Assembly (NCBI RefSeq): GCF_001194135.2
Contig: NC_068994.1
Span: 16,587,416 to 16,651,415 of the forward strand
Length of the DNA stretch: 64,000 nucleotides
Source: Octopus bimaculoides
Lineage: Eukaryota
Reading direction: 5' to 3'
Every line of letters begins with the position of its first letter. Position 1 is the first letter of the stretch. The notes below the pieces were generated by a model, which worked only from the letters and a program-made list of their open reading frames with translations, was not told the origin of the DNA and searched no databases. Position numbers and translations under genes: made by a program. Below, in pieces: positions 51,185-64,000 of this stretch.

Positions 51185-51310
51185 TAATGTGAAGCCAGCA
51201 CATCGAACGAGGTTGACTGACGAACATTTGAAAGCAATTCTCTTGGTTGGATGCAGCAATTCCAAAGCAAATATTACAAGTTAAACACCAGTTTCACAAA
51301 TTTCACTAAC
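51185..51310 (+). mobile_element. hAT (Charlie/GTF2IRD2-like) transposase C-terminal remnant
   Basis: NVKPAHRTRLTDEHLKAILLVGCSNSKANI followed by HQFHKFH* in another frame. Confidence 0.65.
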
Positions 51311-54300
51311 CCTTTTTTTGCTGCTTAGATTTGGATTAAGTGCACACTGGGTGTGATATAACTTATTGCTAACATCGCCTTCTTTGACAACTTTTTGGTA
51401 AATAAATTTTTGTGTGTATTTTCTTTTCTTTGTCGTTTTGTAAAAACCTTATGGCGATCTTCCAAACTTATATTACGGAAGAATTATGACTATTGTTTAA
51501 AATGTGTATTTTAATGTGGTGGTGTATTATTCATATATCATACATACGTGTTACATATGTAATAAAATTTTCATGTTTGTTATATCTAACTACTGCGATG
51601 TTATTACTCCCACTGAAATGTGAGAGGAAACATTTAATTTATAATACCCGACCCTATTTTTTAACGTTTTGTAATTGTGGATTATTACTATTTAGATAGG
51701 AATTCTGTCCTCCCTTGTTTGTCTATTCATTGGTCCGTATAAATTTTCTTAAGCTTAGCTTTGCCCGCCGCCTTATGCGTGCTTCACTTTCAGGTTACAG
51801 TGCAGGGCACATGCTTCACTTGTGATATTCAGAGGGAGGGGTCTGTTTCAAGGTAAAGCTGAGAGATTGTATTCAACAGGCTTTTTCTTTCTTTAGCTTA
51901 ACATCCTTTTAGAACTATGCTTTTTTATTGAATGTGAAAACGAACAACTCCGATTTTTAAATAAGAGGAAGAAAATGTATTTGTCACTATCTTGTTTCAA
52001 TCATTGGGCTATGGCCAAGCAGGGACATCAAATTGAAGGGTTTTAGTCGAACAAATCAGTACTTAAGTCTGGTAATTCTATCGGCATTTTTGGACGAACT
52101 GCCATGTTTTAGGGATGTAAACAAACCAGCACCGGTTGTCACAGGCACAAAAACAATTTCCGTCTATCAAATCCACTCAAAGCTTTTATAGGCTCGAGGC
52201 TTTAGAAGCAGACATTTGCTCAGGATGTCATGCAGTAGCACTAAACCACACAGCCATGCCTACTTCGTAAAAGTTTTAAAAAATAACAGTGGCAATGAAG
52301 ATGAACTTAATGTAACATTTACATCAGTTTCTTCAGTCTAAAGCTCGATTTTTATAAATTCTGAATCCTCCTTTTACGGCTATGCTAGCATGGGTTGGGC
52401 AGGTCGCCAAATTTTTTCCCACGAGAACTCTAGGTCCCAGTAATGAACTCATTTGCATACAGGCAATCAGAGCTCGCCTTGACCGTGTCAAGTTAACTCA
52501 ATACGAAGAATGGTGTTGTAAGTCGACCGATCGCCAAGTTATGACTTATTTTAGGAGACCAGTAATTAGATAGATTTGCATCTATACCTATTATCGGATT
52601 TTGTTAAGGCCTCATATGGTAAAGATGTAGATGGGATAAATATGGGTAGAGGTTGATGTGCTAGCAATCCTTTTCCCTTACTGTTTTACAAAGGAAACAG
52701 CAGCACAAATAACTACGCAGAGGCAACCATGGTTGAAACAAGAACAAGCATTATCAGAAGAGAAAAGAAGCATGGTCATTCCTTAACCAAGAGAACTTAT
52801 CGTATTCGCCCTCACTTATGCGCTCATAAATCGGTTTGATAGTTGATCTCTAATTGACTGTATGTAAATGGGGTCCGGAACTCTAGTGGGGAAAAAAATT
52901 TCGCGGGCGGGTTGTCGCTGTCCGAATCAGTTCTTGGTTTTTGCTACTCCTTCTCGCCGTGACCTAGGGACAGGCTTCTCTCGTTTGTTTGCATTTGGCA
53001 TGGTTTTTATACTTTCCAGTACCCATGCTATTTACTTCAGTGTACTGAGTGACTTTTTCTTGACACCAGCAGTAGAAAATCGCGCTCCTGCCAAAGGTCG
53101 TCTCGACACTTATTTCTCCGCAACGCAGTATTTGTAAGGTTGCCCTGCCCCGGTCATTCTTGGTAACAGACTATTAGTGAGTAGGAGAGAGAGTGAGTGA
53201 TTGTGCTTGATAAACTACGATTGAGGGGAGGGTACATTAACGGAAGATGAGGAGAAATGGGAAATAGAGCAGAAGGAGCGTGTAAAGATACATTAGCAAT
53301 TACGAACTACCTGTTTTTTGTAGCTGCAGTAGGGAGAATATTGGGACTGGCAGTTAGTGATATAGAGAAAGAAGTAATAATAGCTAGAGTGAAGGCGGCG
53401 AGCCGAGAGAAAAGTTAGCATGCCGGGCAAAATGCTTTGCATTATTTCGTCTGACTTTAAATGCTGCTGAGGTCGGCTTTGCCTTTTATTTCGAAGTTAT
53501 AATAAGTACCAACTGAACACTGGGATCGATATAACCGACTTATCCCCTCTCCTAAACTTTGCTGGCTTTGTATCAAAATTTGAAACCGATATTAGAATGA
53601 GTGTTGGATGTAAATGAATCTGAGAGAGGCGGGAAATGTTGGAGGTGGAGAGTATATCATGACGGCAAATAGGGCGCTCATCGAATAGTGAGAGATGTGT
53701 AATCTCTTCCCATTAGTGAGTGTATCATGCTTGAGGAGAAAATACAGAGTAGCAAGCAGCATGATCATGAGTGGTGGGGTTATGAAGATTCAGTCTGTAC
53801 GGGTGGCATACTACAATGAATAGAAGAGAAAATGGGAAAATGCAAGGGGGTAGCTGTACAAATTGAAAGCGGCTTAGATGTAAGCGCGTGCGTTTGTGTA
53901 ATATTATATACAAGGTGCATGCTAAGCTGTGTGGTAAGAAGCTTCCCATCTGCATGGTTCCAGGTTCGGTCTCACTGCGTGACATCTTGGGCCGACCAAA
54001 GCCTTGTGAGTGAATTTGGTTGACGGAAACTGAAAGAAGCCCGTTGTGTGTGTATACACATGTGTGTATGTATTTGTCTGTGTTTGTCCCCCATCACTGC
54101 TTGACAACTGTTCTTTGTGTTTACGTCCCCATAACTTAGCGGTTCGGCAAAAGAGACTGATAAAGTACTAGGCTTAAATAAATCCTGGGGTCGATTTGCT
54201 CGACTAAAAGCCCTTCAATGCGGTCCTCCAATATGGCTCCAATCAAATGACAAAAGAATATTAGTTTATATATAGTTCTAAACGAATGTTATCGCCATAC

Positions 54301-55359
54301 AAGCGGTGTCCTTTGTCTTCCATGAAAACCTGTCTGGTCATGATGAAATATCTTACATCAGGAAGGGCATCCGGCTGTAGAAATATTTGCCTCTATAAAA
54401 TTCCGTCTGACCCATGCAGGCATGAAAAAGTGGACGTTAAAACGATGATAATGATATATACGTGTATGAATGAACTAAGCTGCTATCTATAATATTGCAG
54501 TATTAACATGCACTTCACTAAGTTTGCATTGGAGGTCAGGTCTTCTCTCATGCTGTATATCAAGGGTCGACTAGGTCCTCTTAGCTCCCTCGGAGATGAT
54601 TTTTCACCAATACATCCCAAGTCCTTTTCAGTCTCCCTTTCACAGGTATTGTTCACTTGAACCATTCTGCACTTTCTGATGCAATTCTTTCTAGTTTTTG
54701 TTGCAGGTTCACCACATTCAATGTCAATCTCTTGCTGTCATAGGGCAGCATATGTTGCACATATGCACGCATGTTAATATAAAGATCTTCACCCGTTCAC
54801 AAAAACAAGAAAAAAACGACCTGCTGGGTGTTAACAATTATGTTAGAAAACGGATATGACAAAAAATTGCGCCAAGAAACCTGGGGGGGTGGACTTTCGG
54901 AAAATTCACAAGATCCGATTTTTACGTCATAACTTTCGGGAAAATGGATATATATTAATTTTTTTGTTTACGGAATCCCACGTTTTTGGTTATGGAGGAT
55001 ATATTCTGAAAAAATAAAATTTTTCAAAAATCGCATTTTCAGCATTTTCAAAGTTTCAATCTACCCTCCTTCATTTTTCACTTTTTCGGTTTTCTTTTTC
55101 TTTTCTTTTTTTTTTTTCCTTGCTAAATACGTAGAAAAATACGAAGATTATTATGATTCTGAAAAAAATTTGTAGAAAAGAACGCTGAACAAATGTGGAA
55201 GTTCTATATTGAACCTCCACATTTGTTCAGCGTTCTTTTCTGCCCTATGCTATGTGTGTATATAATTATGCAGCATTTCCTGTTACATTTGCTGAATAGA
55301 GATTAGCCTGTCTTTCTTTGATGTTATGATGTATTTCAGTACTTTTTCTCTTTATACAG

Positions 55360-55566
55360 CTGGCAAAGATGTGACCCTTGGAGATGTCCTTATTGAGGGT
55401 AAAACCAAAATTGTCTATGACCTGCCATCTTACAAAGGGTGTGTTGCCATAAAGTCCAAAGACAGAATCACATGTGGAGATGGTGCAAGAGCTCATGACA
55501 TGGAAGGAAAAGCAGTCATTTCAAACTCCACCAATTCTTCCCTCATGAAAATACTCAATGATGCTG
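55360..55566 (+). CDS. PAICS: PAICS exon 2 (SAICAR synthetase N-terminus)
   Basis: tttatacag|CT GGC AAA...GCT G|gtaact gives GKDVTLGDVLIEGKTKIVY...KSKDRITCGDGARAHDMEGKAVISN, with EGKTK and KDRIT-x-G motifs. Confidence 0.95.
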
Positions 55567-55874
55567 GTAACTTTGTCTTACTCTCTCGCTTTTGTTTCTT
55601 TAATGCACTGTTTTAGTAACAGGGGACGTTGATTCATAAAAGCGTTTTACTCCTATGATGTTTTGGACACTTGTTCTAAATATCTGTAGAGATGCTTTGA
55701 CATTTGTATCTGCTTTCCATTGTAAGATCGTTCTCTGATGCATCATCTGCTATACTCAGATAGTATCTGTTGTATTAGTTTAATGGTTGGTAGACTAGCA
55801 TTCCGAACATGGCATTTGTAGTTATTGTTATCACTAAGTTCAGTTAGCTCTGCTAAAAAATGTCTATAGAAAAA

Positions 55875-56595
55875 AATGACCCAGGAAGACCTGGGATGAG
55901 GTGGTGAAGCATGACCTTCGAACATTAGGCATCACCAAGGCAATGACTAGTGACCGAGACCTTTGGAAATATGCTGTGCGTGAGAAGACCCAGCAAGCCA
56001 AGTGAGACCATAACCCATGGCCTATGCCAGGGGTGTAACCAGCCCACTTATGCGTACCTTTCCTTCATTGGACACTAAACTCTGCTTGCGAAGACCTGTT
56101 GAGGCAAGTGAAATCGAAATCGAATCAAATTCGATGACTGGCACCTGTGCCAGTAGAGTGCTAAGACCACAATCCAAGCATGATCATTGCCAGTGCAGCT
56201 GTCTGGCTTCCATGCCAGTGGCACGTAAGAAGCACCATTTGAGTGTGATTGTTACCAGCGTCGCCTTACTGGCACTTGTGCGAGTGGTACGTGAAAAAAC
56301 ATTCAAGCAAGGTCGTTGCCAGTGCTGCTGGACTGGCTCCTGTGCAGGTGGCATGTAAAAAAACACCATTTGAGTGTGGCTGTTCCCAGTACCGCCTGAC
56401 TGGCCTTTGTGCCAGTGGCACATAAAAGCACCCACTACACTATCGGAGTGGTTGGTGTTAGGAAGGGCTTCCAGCTATAGAAACTCTGCCAGATCAGATT
56501 GGAGCCTGGTGCAGCCATCTGGTTCACCAATCTTCAGTCAAATCGTCCAGCCCATGCTAGCATGGAAAGCGGACGTTAAATGATGATGATGATGA
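55875..56595 (+). mobile_element. RTE LINE 3' end in PAICS intron 2
   Basis: PRKTWDEVVKHDLRTLGITKAMTSDRDLWKYAVREKT...* followed by 3' UTR and (GAT)n tail. Confidence 0.75.
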
Positions 56596-57332
56596 ATAAA
56601 AACTCTTTGGATGCTTCAGAGCAGCCCACAGGTCCAGCTTTACATTATCTGGCCTCCTTGAATCACATAGGAAATGGGGCGGAGGTGTCAACTTGCATAG
56701 TGAGTTATTGAAAGTTTATTTCCTATTGTAACAATAGTGCATTGCAGATTTGTGTCTTTATAAGCGCCACATCAGCACTGATTAAGGAGCACAATGGTTG
56801 TATTATTTGTTTTTCTCTACCAGACTTAATATCTATGACTGCATTATAATGACCTAATTCAAGACTAGCATGGGATTTGAAGGAGTGTGCGTATGCATAC
56901 ATGAATATATATACACAACAGACTTCCAGTTTGATTCACAAGACATTTGTCAGAAGATACAAGACAACTCCAAATATGTTTCATTTTTGTTTTGTCCCTG
57001 TCAGTAAAGCATAACTGTCACAACACTTGTGGAGGATGATTGTATTATGATGGTTGTACATTTGTTTGGTGCAGGAAAACAACTGTTTAGGAATGAAATG
57101 ATTCAAGGCCATTCTCATGATAGTGATATGTGAATTACCATCAGTTTTAAGTGGCAGGTCAGTTACTTTTGGCCCTGTAGATATAATGGTTATGTTATTT
57201 CTTAGTTGATGCTTTTCTTTCCCTATTTCTGTAGAAATATGCTGCTTTTGTTTCGCTAGATTTTGAAAATCATAAAAAAATTTAATGAAATAATTTTTTT
57301 ACTAATAAAGCTTTAATTTTGATGGAAGATCA

Positions 57333-57632
57333 TTAACCCTTTTGATACCAATTCACCCCAAATTGTCCCTGATTCTTTGATACAAACTTTTTTTTATATA
57401 AAGTGATCTAAATTAAAAATTTCCCCATTAATGTTCCTTATTGATTTGTTCCAGTTACCAACTTAGTAATGACCAAGGTATTTTAGTAAAATTCTTCATT
57501 ATTTTCAAAATTAGTTTAAATAAAGATGGTGCAGTTCAATAGAAATGTGGTAATAAAATGGTTAAAGACAGGAAGTTTATATCATAGAATGAGACGGGTC
57601 AGTCTTGGACAAATTGGTATCAAAAGAGTTAA
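57333..57632. mobile_element. piggyBac-like MITE
   Basis: ttaacccttttgatacca ... tggtatcaaaagagttaa. Confidence 0.7.
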
Positions 57633-57780
57633 AGATACTCCTTTTGTTTACTTTTGTCTTCAATCTGTTGATTTTTTTGCTTTGCCATTCGTTAGAACTC
57701 AGAGAATTGGGGTTGACTGTTACAAAATTTAACAAATATTGTATTTTTGCTATTTTGCATATATATCCAATTCCTTACAG

Positions 57781-57959
57781 GTATTCCAACGCACTTCCTT
57801 GGTAAATGGTCTGACAATGTTTTCCACGCTCACCGATGCTACATGGTACCTATTGAGTGGGTTACTCGACGTGTGGCTACAGGTTCCTTCCTCAAGCGTA
57901 ACCCAGGGGTTACAGAAGGGCATAGATTTTCTCCTGTTAAATTGGAAACGTTTTACAAG
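57781..57959 (+). CDS. PAICS: PAICS exon 3
   Basis: ccttacag|GT ATT...TAC AAG|gttaat gives GIPTHF...[23 protein letters not shown]...ETFYK. Confidence 0.96.
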
Positions 57960-60155
57960 GTTAATGCTTGTTTTGCTTTCATTTTATTCAAGTCATAAAA
58001 GATAAATGATGTCAAGGCCTGCTTGTTACTGGTTCAATATTAACAGATCCCTACCATACTCCTCCCTTTCACTCAGTATTCAAACTGGCCATATCCAACT
58101 TATGTATTCTACCTTCTTTGTATTCAAACCAGCTGGATCCTGCTTCTCACATCTATCCTACAATATCATGAGATAATCCATGACTAATTCAAAACCATGT
58201 GATATGACATTTGATACGAAAGGGTTAAAGAATTGATTAACCCTTTAATGTTAAGATTAATCTATCAAATGTAATGCTTATTTGTTCGCTTGTAACTTTG
58301 TTAATCTTTTACATACAGATTCGAAATTTTGTCAGTGGGTGCTTATATACCCGTGGATTATAGTTATGTAATTTTAGCTGATTTTGCTGATTAAATCTGA
58401 CTTTTATGGGCAGATAAATTGAAATTCTTAATGCATTTTACCTGTTGAATTTGTTACAATAAAATTATCCCAGATATCAACTGCCAACAATTTTGTCACT
58501 TTTCAAGATGAGGTACATTAATTTGAATTAATTAAAATACAGGTCTAATCGGTACAAGATTTTATTCTTTCTCTATTTCATTCAAACATTTTCATTGAAA
58601 ATAAGATATGAAACTCTTTTACTAGCCAATATGGCTATGTATTCTCATACAATTTAATGAAAACATCTACATAACAGAATGAATCCTTTTATTAAAAAAA
58701 AAAAAGCTCATTAACAGGTGAAATTAACATTGAAAATTAATATGTATTCCTCACTTTCACATTATTTGTAATAAAATGAAAGGAAGGGCACTTTGCAAAA
58801 TGAACACGTATATGAGGTCTTGACCTGATATCCTTTTGCAGTTTTCCTTTTTTGCAGCAAACACAGTCTGCAAACTTTATTCCTTCCATTTATTTTTTTC
58901 CACTTTATGAAAGTCAATATTTTCTGTTGACATCCACCTCAGTTAATTTTGCTTTCTCCCAGTTCTGTGCTTTCTGGAAGAAAAGCCCTCATGTAACTGA
59001 GTTGTTGGTTTTTTTTACATAATATATGAATTGACTGTAGTTAGACATAATGCTGGATATATGGATCATCATACCTTATATCAGCATTCCAGTAGTTTCA
59101 CAGTTGAGAAAGCTGCTTTGACACCAAACATAATGTTTGTAGTAAAACAAAAGCTCAAATTTCTACAGTATCAGTTGGCTGTCATAGTGGATTGGGTCTT
59201 CCATGAATAGAAATTATGCGTTGAGCATTTGTTTCCTCCGCAACAGTTTAAAAAAACTTTTCGGTGAAAATAATAGTCCATTGGTTGAGCATCAAGAGGT
59301 AGACTGTATTGCAGACTAGTCTTTTCTGTGAAATCGGGAATTCTGGTTGATGTAGTAATCTTCAACCATGTTGCCGTAATGTTTTTAATATCATTTTCAT
59401 TAATCAAAATCTTCCTTGTTCAACAAAAATTCATTACTGTCAATATGATTCGTCTAAAGGTAAATCGCTGTTTTCATTTATATTTTGTTCATTGTGAAGA
59501 GTAAAACCTTTGAAGTCTGGATTGCTATTTGCTGACGCCATATTGTTAAAAACTAAGATATATACTTCCCTTCAAACATTGAGGGAAAAAAAACCAAGAA
59601 GTCTCAAAATTTTCACTGTATTATCTCACATTATCTCAAAGCTATGAGAATTCAATATTTTTTTTTTTTTGGGTGATTTTGAAGAGAAATCAGATATTGC
59701 TGGATTCGGCTGGTTCGAACAAATAAGGAAGATTAATTTTCAGCTGGTTTAAACACTAAAGAGTTAATGGTAGAATGGAGAACTTAGTGTCAGCATATTT
59801 GATGCAGGAAGCATAAAAGCTAACTAGAAATGGTTTTTCTTTTTCTAAACCTGCTTTGAATTATGTAGATTAGACAAGATTTTCTTAACCCTTCTTGGGT
59901 GGATCTATTGGCCCAGTGTTTAAAAGAAGGAATGGTCTTTTTTTAAATATTTTTATCTAATGTTCTGATATTTTTTACAATTGTAAATATTTCTTTTGTG
60001 TGTAGGAGGGGGCTCTTTAATCCTTTAGCATTTTTTTTTTTTACCTAAACGAGAAATCCCTATTTTTATAAGTTTTAAAAAGTTCTTTGAACTTGATCAA
60101 CTCAAGAATTTCTATCTGTACTGGGGAGATCATTTTATTCTTTGATTCTCTGCAG

Positions 60156-60363
60156 GATGATGCCAATCATGACCCTCAGTGGAGCCGGGAACAGATAATT
60201 TCTGCCAAAATTCAGTGTGGTGACAAAGTTATTGGTGCTGATGATGTTGACATCATGGAGAAGATGACTGTTCTTATTTTTGAAATTTTGGAAAAGGCTT
60301 GGACTGGTGCTAACTGTGCACTCATTGATATGAAGATAGAATTTGGAGTGTCTGCTGGAACTG
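60156..60363 (+). CDS. PAICS: PAICS exon 4
   Basis: tctgcag|GAT GAT...ACT G|gtaaga gives DDANHDPQWS...LIDMKIEFGV. Confidence 0.96.
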
Positions 60364-61617
60364 GTAAGAATAAATTGGTTTGATTAACTATATGGAATCT
60401 TTTTTAATTTTTTTTTTTTGTAGAAACCATTGGTTGAGATAGAATTTCGATAGAAACACAGTTGTTTGGATTTGAGGCTGTGGAGGGTGAAGTTTTCTAT
60501 TACTATTATTGTAGTGGAGTGGTACAAACAGTACTTCACTGAATGGATTGAGTGAACAATTAGTTATCTCCCTTTATATTAATTTCAACTTTCCTGATGG
60601 TTGATACTGTATCTTACCTGTAATCTAGTGACTTGCTTCAAATCGAGTAAACTCGTCCCTCTTTTATCACCACTATTAGAGAACCTCTATGGTTGCTCAG
60701 CCTACTAGAAGTAGCAACCAAATGTCCTTCAGAATTGGGACAATTAGAAAATCAAAAATGGTCTTACATTGTTTTTTGCATTCTTCATGTATTTTACATT
60801 ATTTGTGATGTAAAAATGATGCCTGTTTTTTTAACTATAGTGATTGAAACGTTAATGTACTTCATTCTGCTACTTAGAATTTTGACATATAAACTAGTCA
60901 TATCCAGCCCAAATATTTATATTCAAGCTAGCCAGATCTGGCTTTTCACACTTACTGTACTAAAAATAAACAATCTCAGTATTAAATTTATGAATCTGCA
61001 AGATAATAAGGTTGTGGAGCAATGCTCTAGACATAGCTAAAATATAAGATTAGAAAATCAAAGTAGATTTATTCTGCTTGGCTAACTTTTTCATTTTTAC
61101 TTCACAGTTTAGTCATTAGTGGTAGGAAAGGCAGATGCTTTGCTCATTGTTTTATTTTGTCGTTGTCAGCATTTAACCTCCCTTTTCTATGCTGGTGTAA
61201 ACAAAAGAATTCTGTCATCAATAATCAGATTTGCTTAAACAATCCCATTCCTGTTAATAGGAAACTGAATTGTATTTAAAAAGAAAAAATTTATGGTTTA
61301 GTCAATGGGAAAGCTTGGTGCCAATGACCATCTTTGTAAACTCAAGGTAGGAGAGAGAAGAAACTGACTTTTTCAGAAAAAGTCTATCTAATAAACAAGC
61401 CTCACCAATGATGTTAGTCTTTTGAACCAATAAACTTTGTATATTATCACCACTTAAACTCTTTCATTTCATTCTTTATGTTGTCAAACCTTAAACTAAA
61501 CACCTTCTCTAATTGTTTCTCTCTTGCCCCTCCAGTTAATGGGTGTCTGTCATGTCCATGGATACTATCTCACTTCCAATCAGCATAAACAAAACTGGTT
61601 TTCTGATTCTGTTTCAG

Positions 61618-61787
61618 GTGATATTGTACTGGCTGACATTATTGACAGTGACTCGTGGCGCCTTTGGCCTTCTGGAGACAAACGCTTGATGGTTGACAAA
61701 CAAGTCTATCGTGACATGGCTGAAGTCACCAAAGACGGCATGGAAACTGTTAAAAGAAATTTCCAGTGGGTAGCTGAAAAAGTCAAG
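61618..61787 (+). CDS. PAICS: PAICS exon 5
   Basis: gtttcag|GT GAT...GTC AAG|gtaaga gives [32 protein letters not shown]...WVAEKVK. Confidence 0.96.
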
Positions 61788-62655
61788 GTAAGAGTCCCTT
61801 ATAGTTTATATATATATAATCATTTAAAAAATTTTCTGTTTTTTCCTTGCTGGCATATTTTACCACAGTTCTTTGTTACTTTGTATGGACCAAAAAGCAA
61901 CCATCTCTGTTGTTGTTAAACTTACTGTCAGCATGGTATTTTCTTTTTACTCTACTGTCACTGGATTGGTAACCTGCTATGTGGTTTGCAGGGCCCTATA
62001 TCTCCTTCCTGCATCCAGTTTATATACAAGATAGTTTCAACAAATCTCTAGATCAGGCCTTTAAGAAAAAGTAACCCAGTAAATAAAATGTATCTACGTT
62101 AACGTAGTGCTAAAAGCTGATTGGTTGAGAGAATTAACTTAACCATAAATTAAGTCCGTGGTTGTGAGTGATGCTTGCTGATATTGCAAGAGTGTGATTC
62201 ACTCTTGATATGAAGAGATTCATTACACACATCACTGTTGCTTTGTCCAATCCTGTCTCCTTACAAGTGTAATTCTCCTCTTGGTTTGCACCTGTTTCCC
62301 AACCTACTTTCTCCTGTAGCAAACAGTCTTCACACAGTATGCTTGGCTGGAGGAATTGCTTTGGCTAGGCTGTGTATTGGTGTAGTATGTTTGCTGCAAA
62401 AGTAAAAAAAATTTACAATTCCATGTCCCACTAAAGAAAAAGGAAAATATTTTTGATCCCACGTCCCTGCTCCACATTGGAAGTCACTGGTTAACACTAA
62501 AAGCTTCTGCCCACAAAATTTCAAACTGAATAGCAACCATATTGCCAATGTTGGAAGATGATGGTTGCCCTTCCCTTGTAAAAGTGGTGGATACTACCCC
62601 CTATTCTGTAACTAAATTATTCTCAAACTTTGTATATTTTATCTTTGATTACCAG

Positions 62656-62833
62656 GAAATAATGCCAAAGAAGGTGTCTCAGGTCGTGGTATTCATGGGT
62701 TCGGCTTCAGATATGGCTTTCTGTCAAAAAATTCAAACCTATTTAGAGAAACTGCATCTTCCTTGTTCAATGCGTGTAACATCTGCTCACAAATGTACTG
62801 AAAGTACTCTCAAACTCCTTGCTGAATATGAAG
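62656..62833 (+). CDS. PAICS: PAICS exon 6 (AIR carboxylase domain)
   Basis: ttaccag|GAA ATA...GAA G|gttagt gives VVVFMGSASD...MRVTSAHK. Confidence 0.96.
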
Positions 62834-63401
62834 GTTAGTGCCTCTTCTTATCCTCATCCTCCCCCCCTTTTTTTTTTTTGTCAACTTTTAATTTTCTTAG
62901 TTTCCTTTCTCTCATTCAGCTCCTGCTGTCAGCCTTTTTCACTGTCTTTCCTTATTTTGTGTGTATTTTAATACTTCTTATTCTATTACAGTAGTTCTCA
63001 ACTGTGGTCCATATAAGATTTGGTGGGGTTGGGGTTGGGGTCCACTCAAAATAATAAGTTATCCACAATGGTATTTTAAGAGCCCTAAAAACTTTTGCTA
63101 TAGATGTATGTGTCGTAAGAAACAACTAGGCTTCTTTCTCTAATTTTACATAGTTCAACCTAGACAAGTTAATGTGGAAAACAAAATAGGGATTTTCAAA
63201 GAAGTTTCTATAAAACTAGTTTCTAAACATCAAGTGGCTAAGGGGGTCCACCAGAATAAAATAGTAATTGAATGGGTTAATAGATAAAAAATGGTTGAGA
63301 ACTTCTGCTCTATAATCTAAAACAAAAAGAATTCTGCTTATTTAAAGCTTATGTTATCGTTTTTTTTTTTTTTTTTTTTTTTTTTTCCTTTGAATTTTTA
63401 G

Positions 63402-63560
63402 GCGAAGGTATTCCCACTGTGATAATAGCAGTTGCTGGTCGAAGTAATGGGCTTGGTCCTGTGTTGGCTGGTAATACTAACTTGCCAGTTATCAATTGCC
63501 CTCCCCTCTCTTCAAACTGGGAGCAAGAGGATCTTTGGTCATCTTTGAGATTACCATCAG
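63402..63560 (+). CDS. PAICS: PAICS exon 7; final exon lies beyond window
   Basis: tttttag|GC GAA...TCA G|gtattt gives [34 protein letters not shown]...WSSLRLPS. Confidence 0.96.
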
Positions 63561-64000
63561 GTATTTTTTTCTATCCTGCTGTTTATTTTTACACTTCTTG
63601 AACAACATAAATCAATTATAATTTTTGAAACTATTTCATCGTTAGAGAAAAATGTTTGATCCTTTGGTTCATTAAGTGTGCCTTGTTCCCAAGTTAGGAA
63701 TTCTTCATTCTATGGCTCTTCAAAAGTAAATGTATCACCACTTCACTAACAGTGACAAATGAAGCCCTGGAATATCAACTTAAATGTATGCACACTACAT
63801 ATATCACTGGCTTGTTGTAATCTCAAATTTCCATTTTCACAACATGCACACATACACACTTGTGCACTACACGCACTTGCATGTGTGTGTGTACAAGCAT
63901 GACTCCGGCATTGGTTTGGAGCCACATAGAAATTTGGCCCATGTGGAATATGCTGGCTAATGTCTTCTACTATAGCTGGAAGTTGACCAATGCCTTGTGG

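Noticed and set aside
52868-53137. GC-richer 89-aa ORF in PAICS intron 1 (also 36704-36960 and 49276-49497)
   Set aside because: No recognisable motif or consistent splice signals; probably unclassified repeat remnants.
22290-55170. Recurrent cataactttc..gaaaa motif blocks (about 22290-22400, 23170-23397, 36240-36560, 36960-37072, 44040-44230, 54890-55170) as a spaced array
   Set aside because: Spacing is irregular and both orientations occur. They are dispersed fragments of a non-autonomous TE family, often at gap edges, not a CRISPR-like or regulatory array.

Overview
AT-rich, repeat-dense, intron-containing animal genomic DNA with seven N gaps (5167-5363, 6602-7120, 23398-24372, 35939-36224, 37073-37640, 43512-43836, 46834-47696). 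The SINE, MITE and microsatellite content resembles an octopus genome; this is an inference from recalled repeat families. Four genes were assembled by hand from splice sites and reading phase. (1) The 3' part of a + strand gene with a LamG3/concanavalin-like domain resembling molluscan PIF-like proteins (exons at about 1.1, 2.4 and 3.7 kb). (2) A - strand orphan acidic 143-aa ORF (15219-15650) with a probable non-coding first exon near 22.8 kb. (3) SFR1 on the - strand, 3 coding exons, about 301 aa (42899 to 33404). (4) PAICS on the + strand, 7 coding exons from 50145, with the last exon beyond the window; it lies head-to-head with SFR1. The remainder is tRNA-derived SINEs, RTE LINE fragments, decayed mariner, DD37D, hAT and gypsy relics, MITEs and microsatellites. 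Best leads: a perfect CACGTG-N5-CACGTG (ChoRE-type) site upstream of PAICS, young telomere-repeat-bearing foldback MITEs with 9-bp TSDs, a near-perfect 170-bp inverted duplication, an intronic pre-miRNA-sized hairpin, and a SIM-bearing orphan protein. No prokaryote-type system (CRISPR, operon) is present. Most ORFs in the supplied track are artefacts of microsatellites, SINEs or N gaps.
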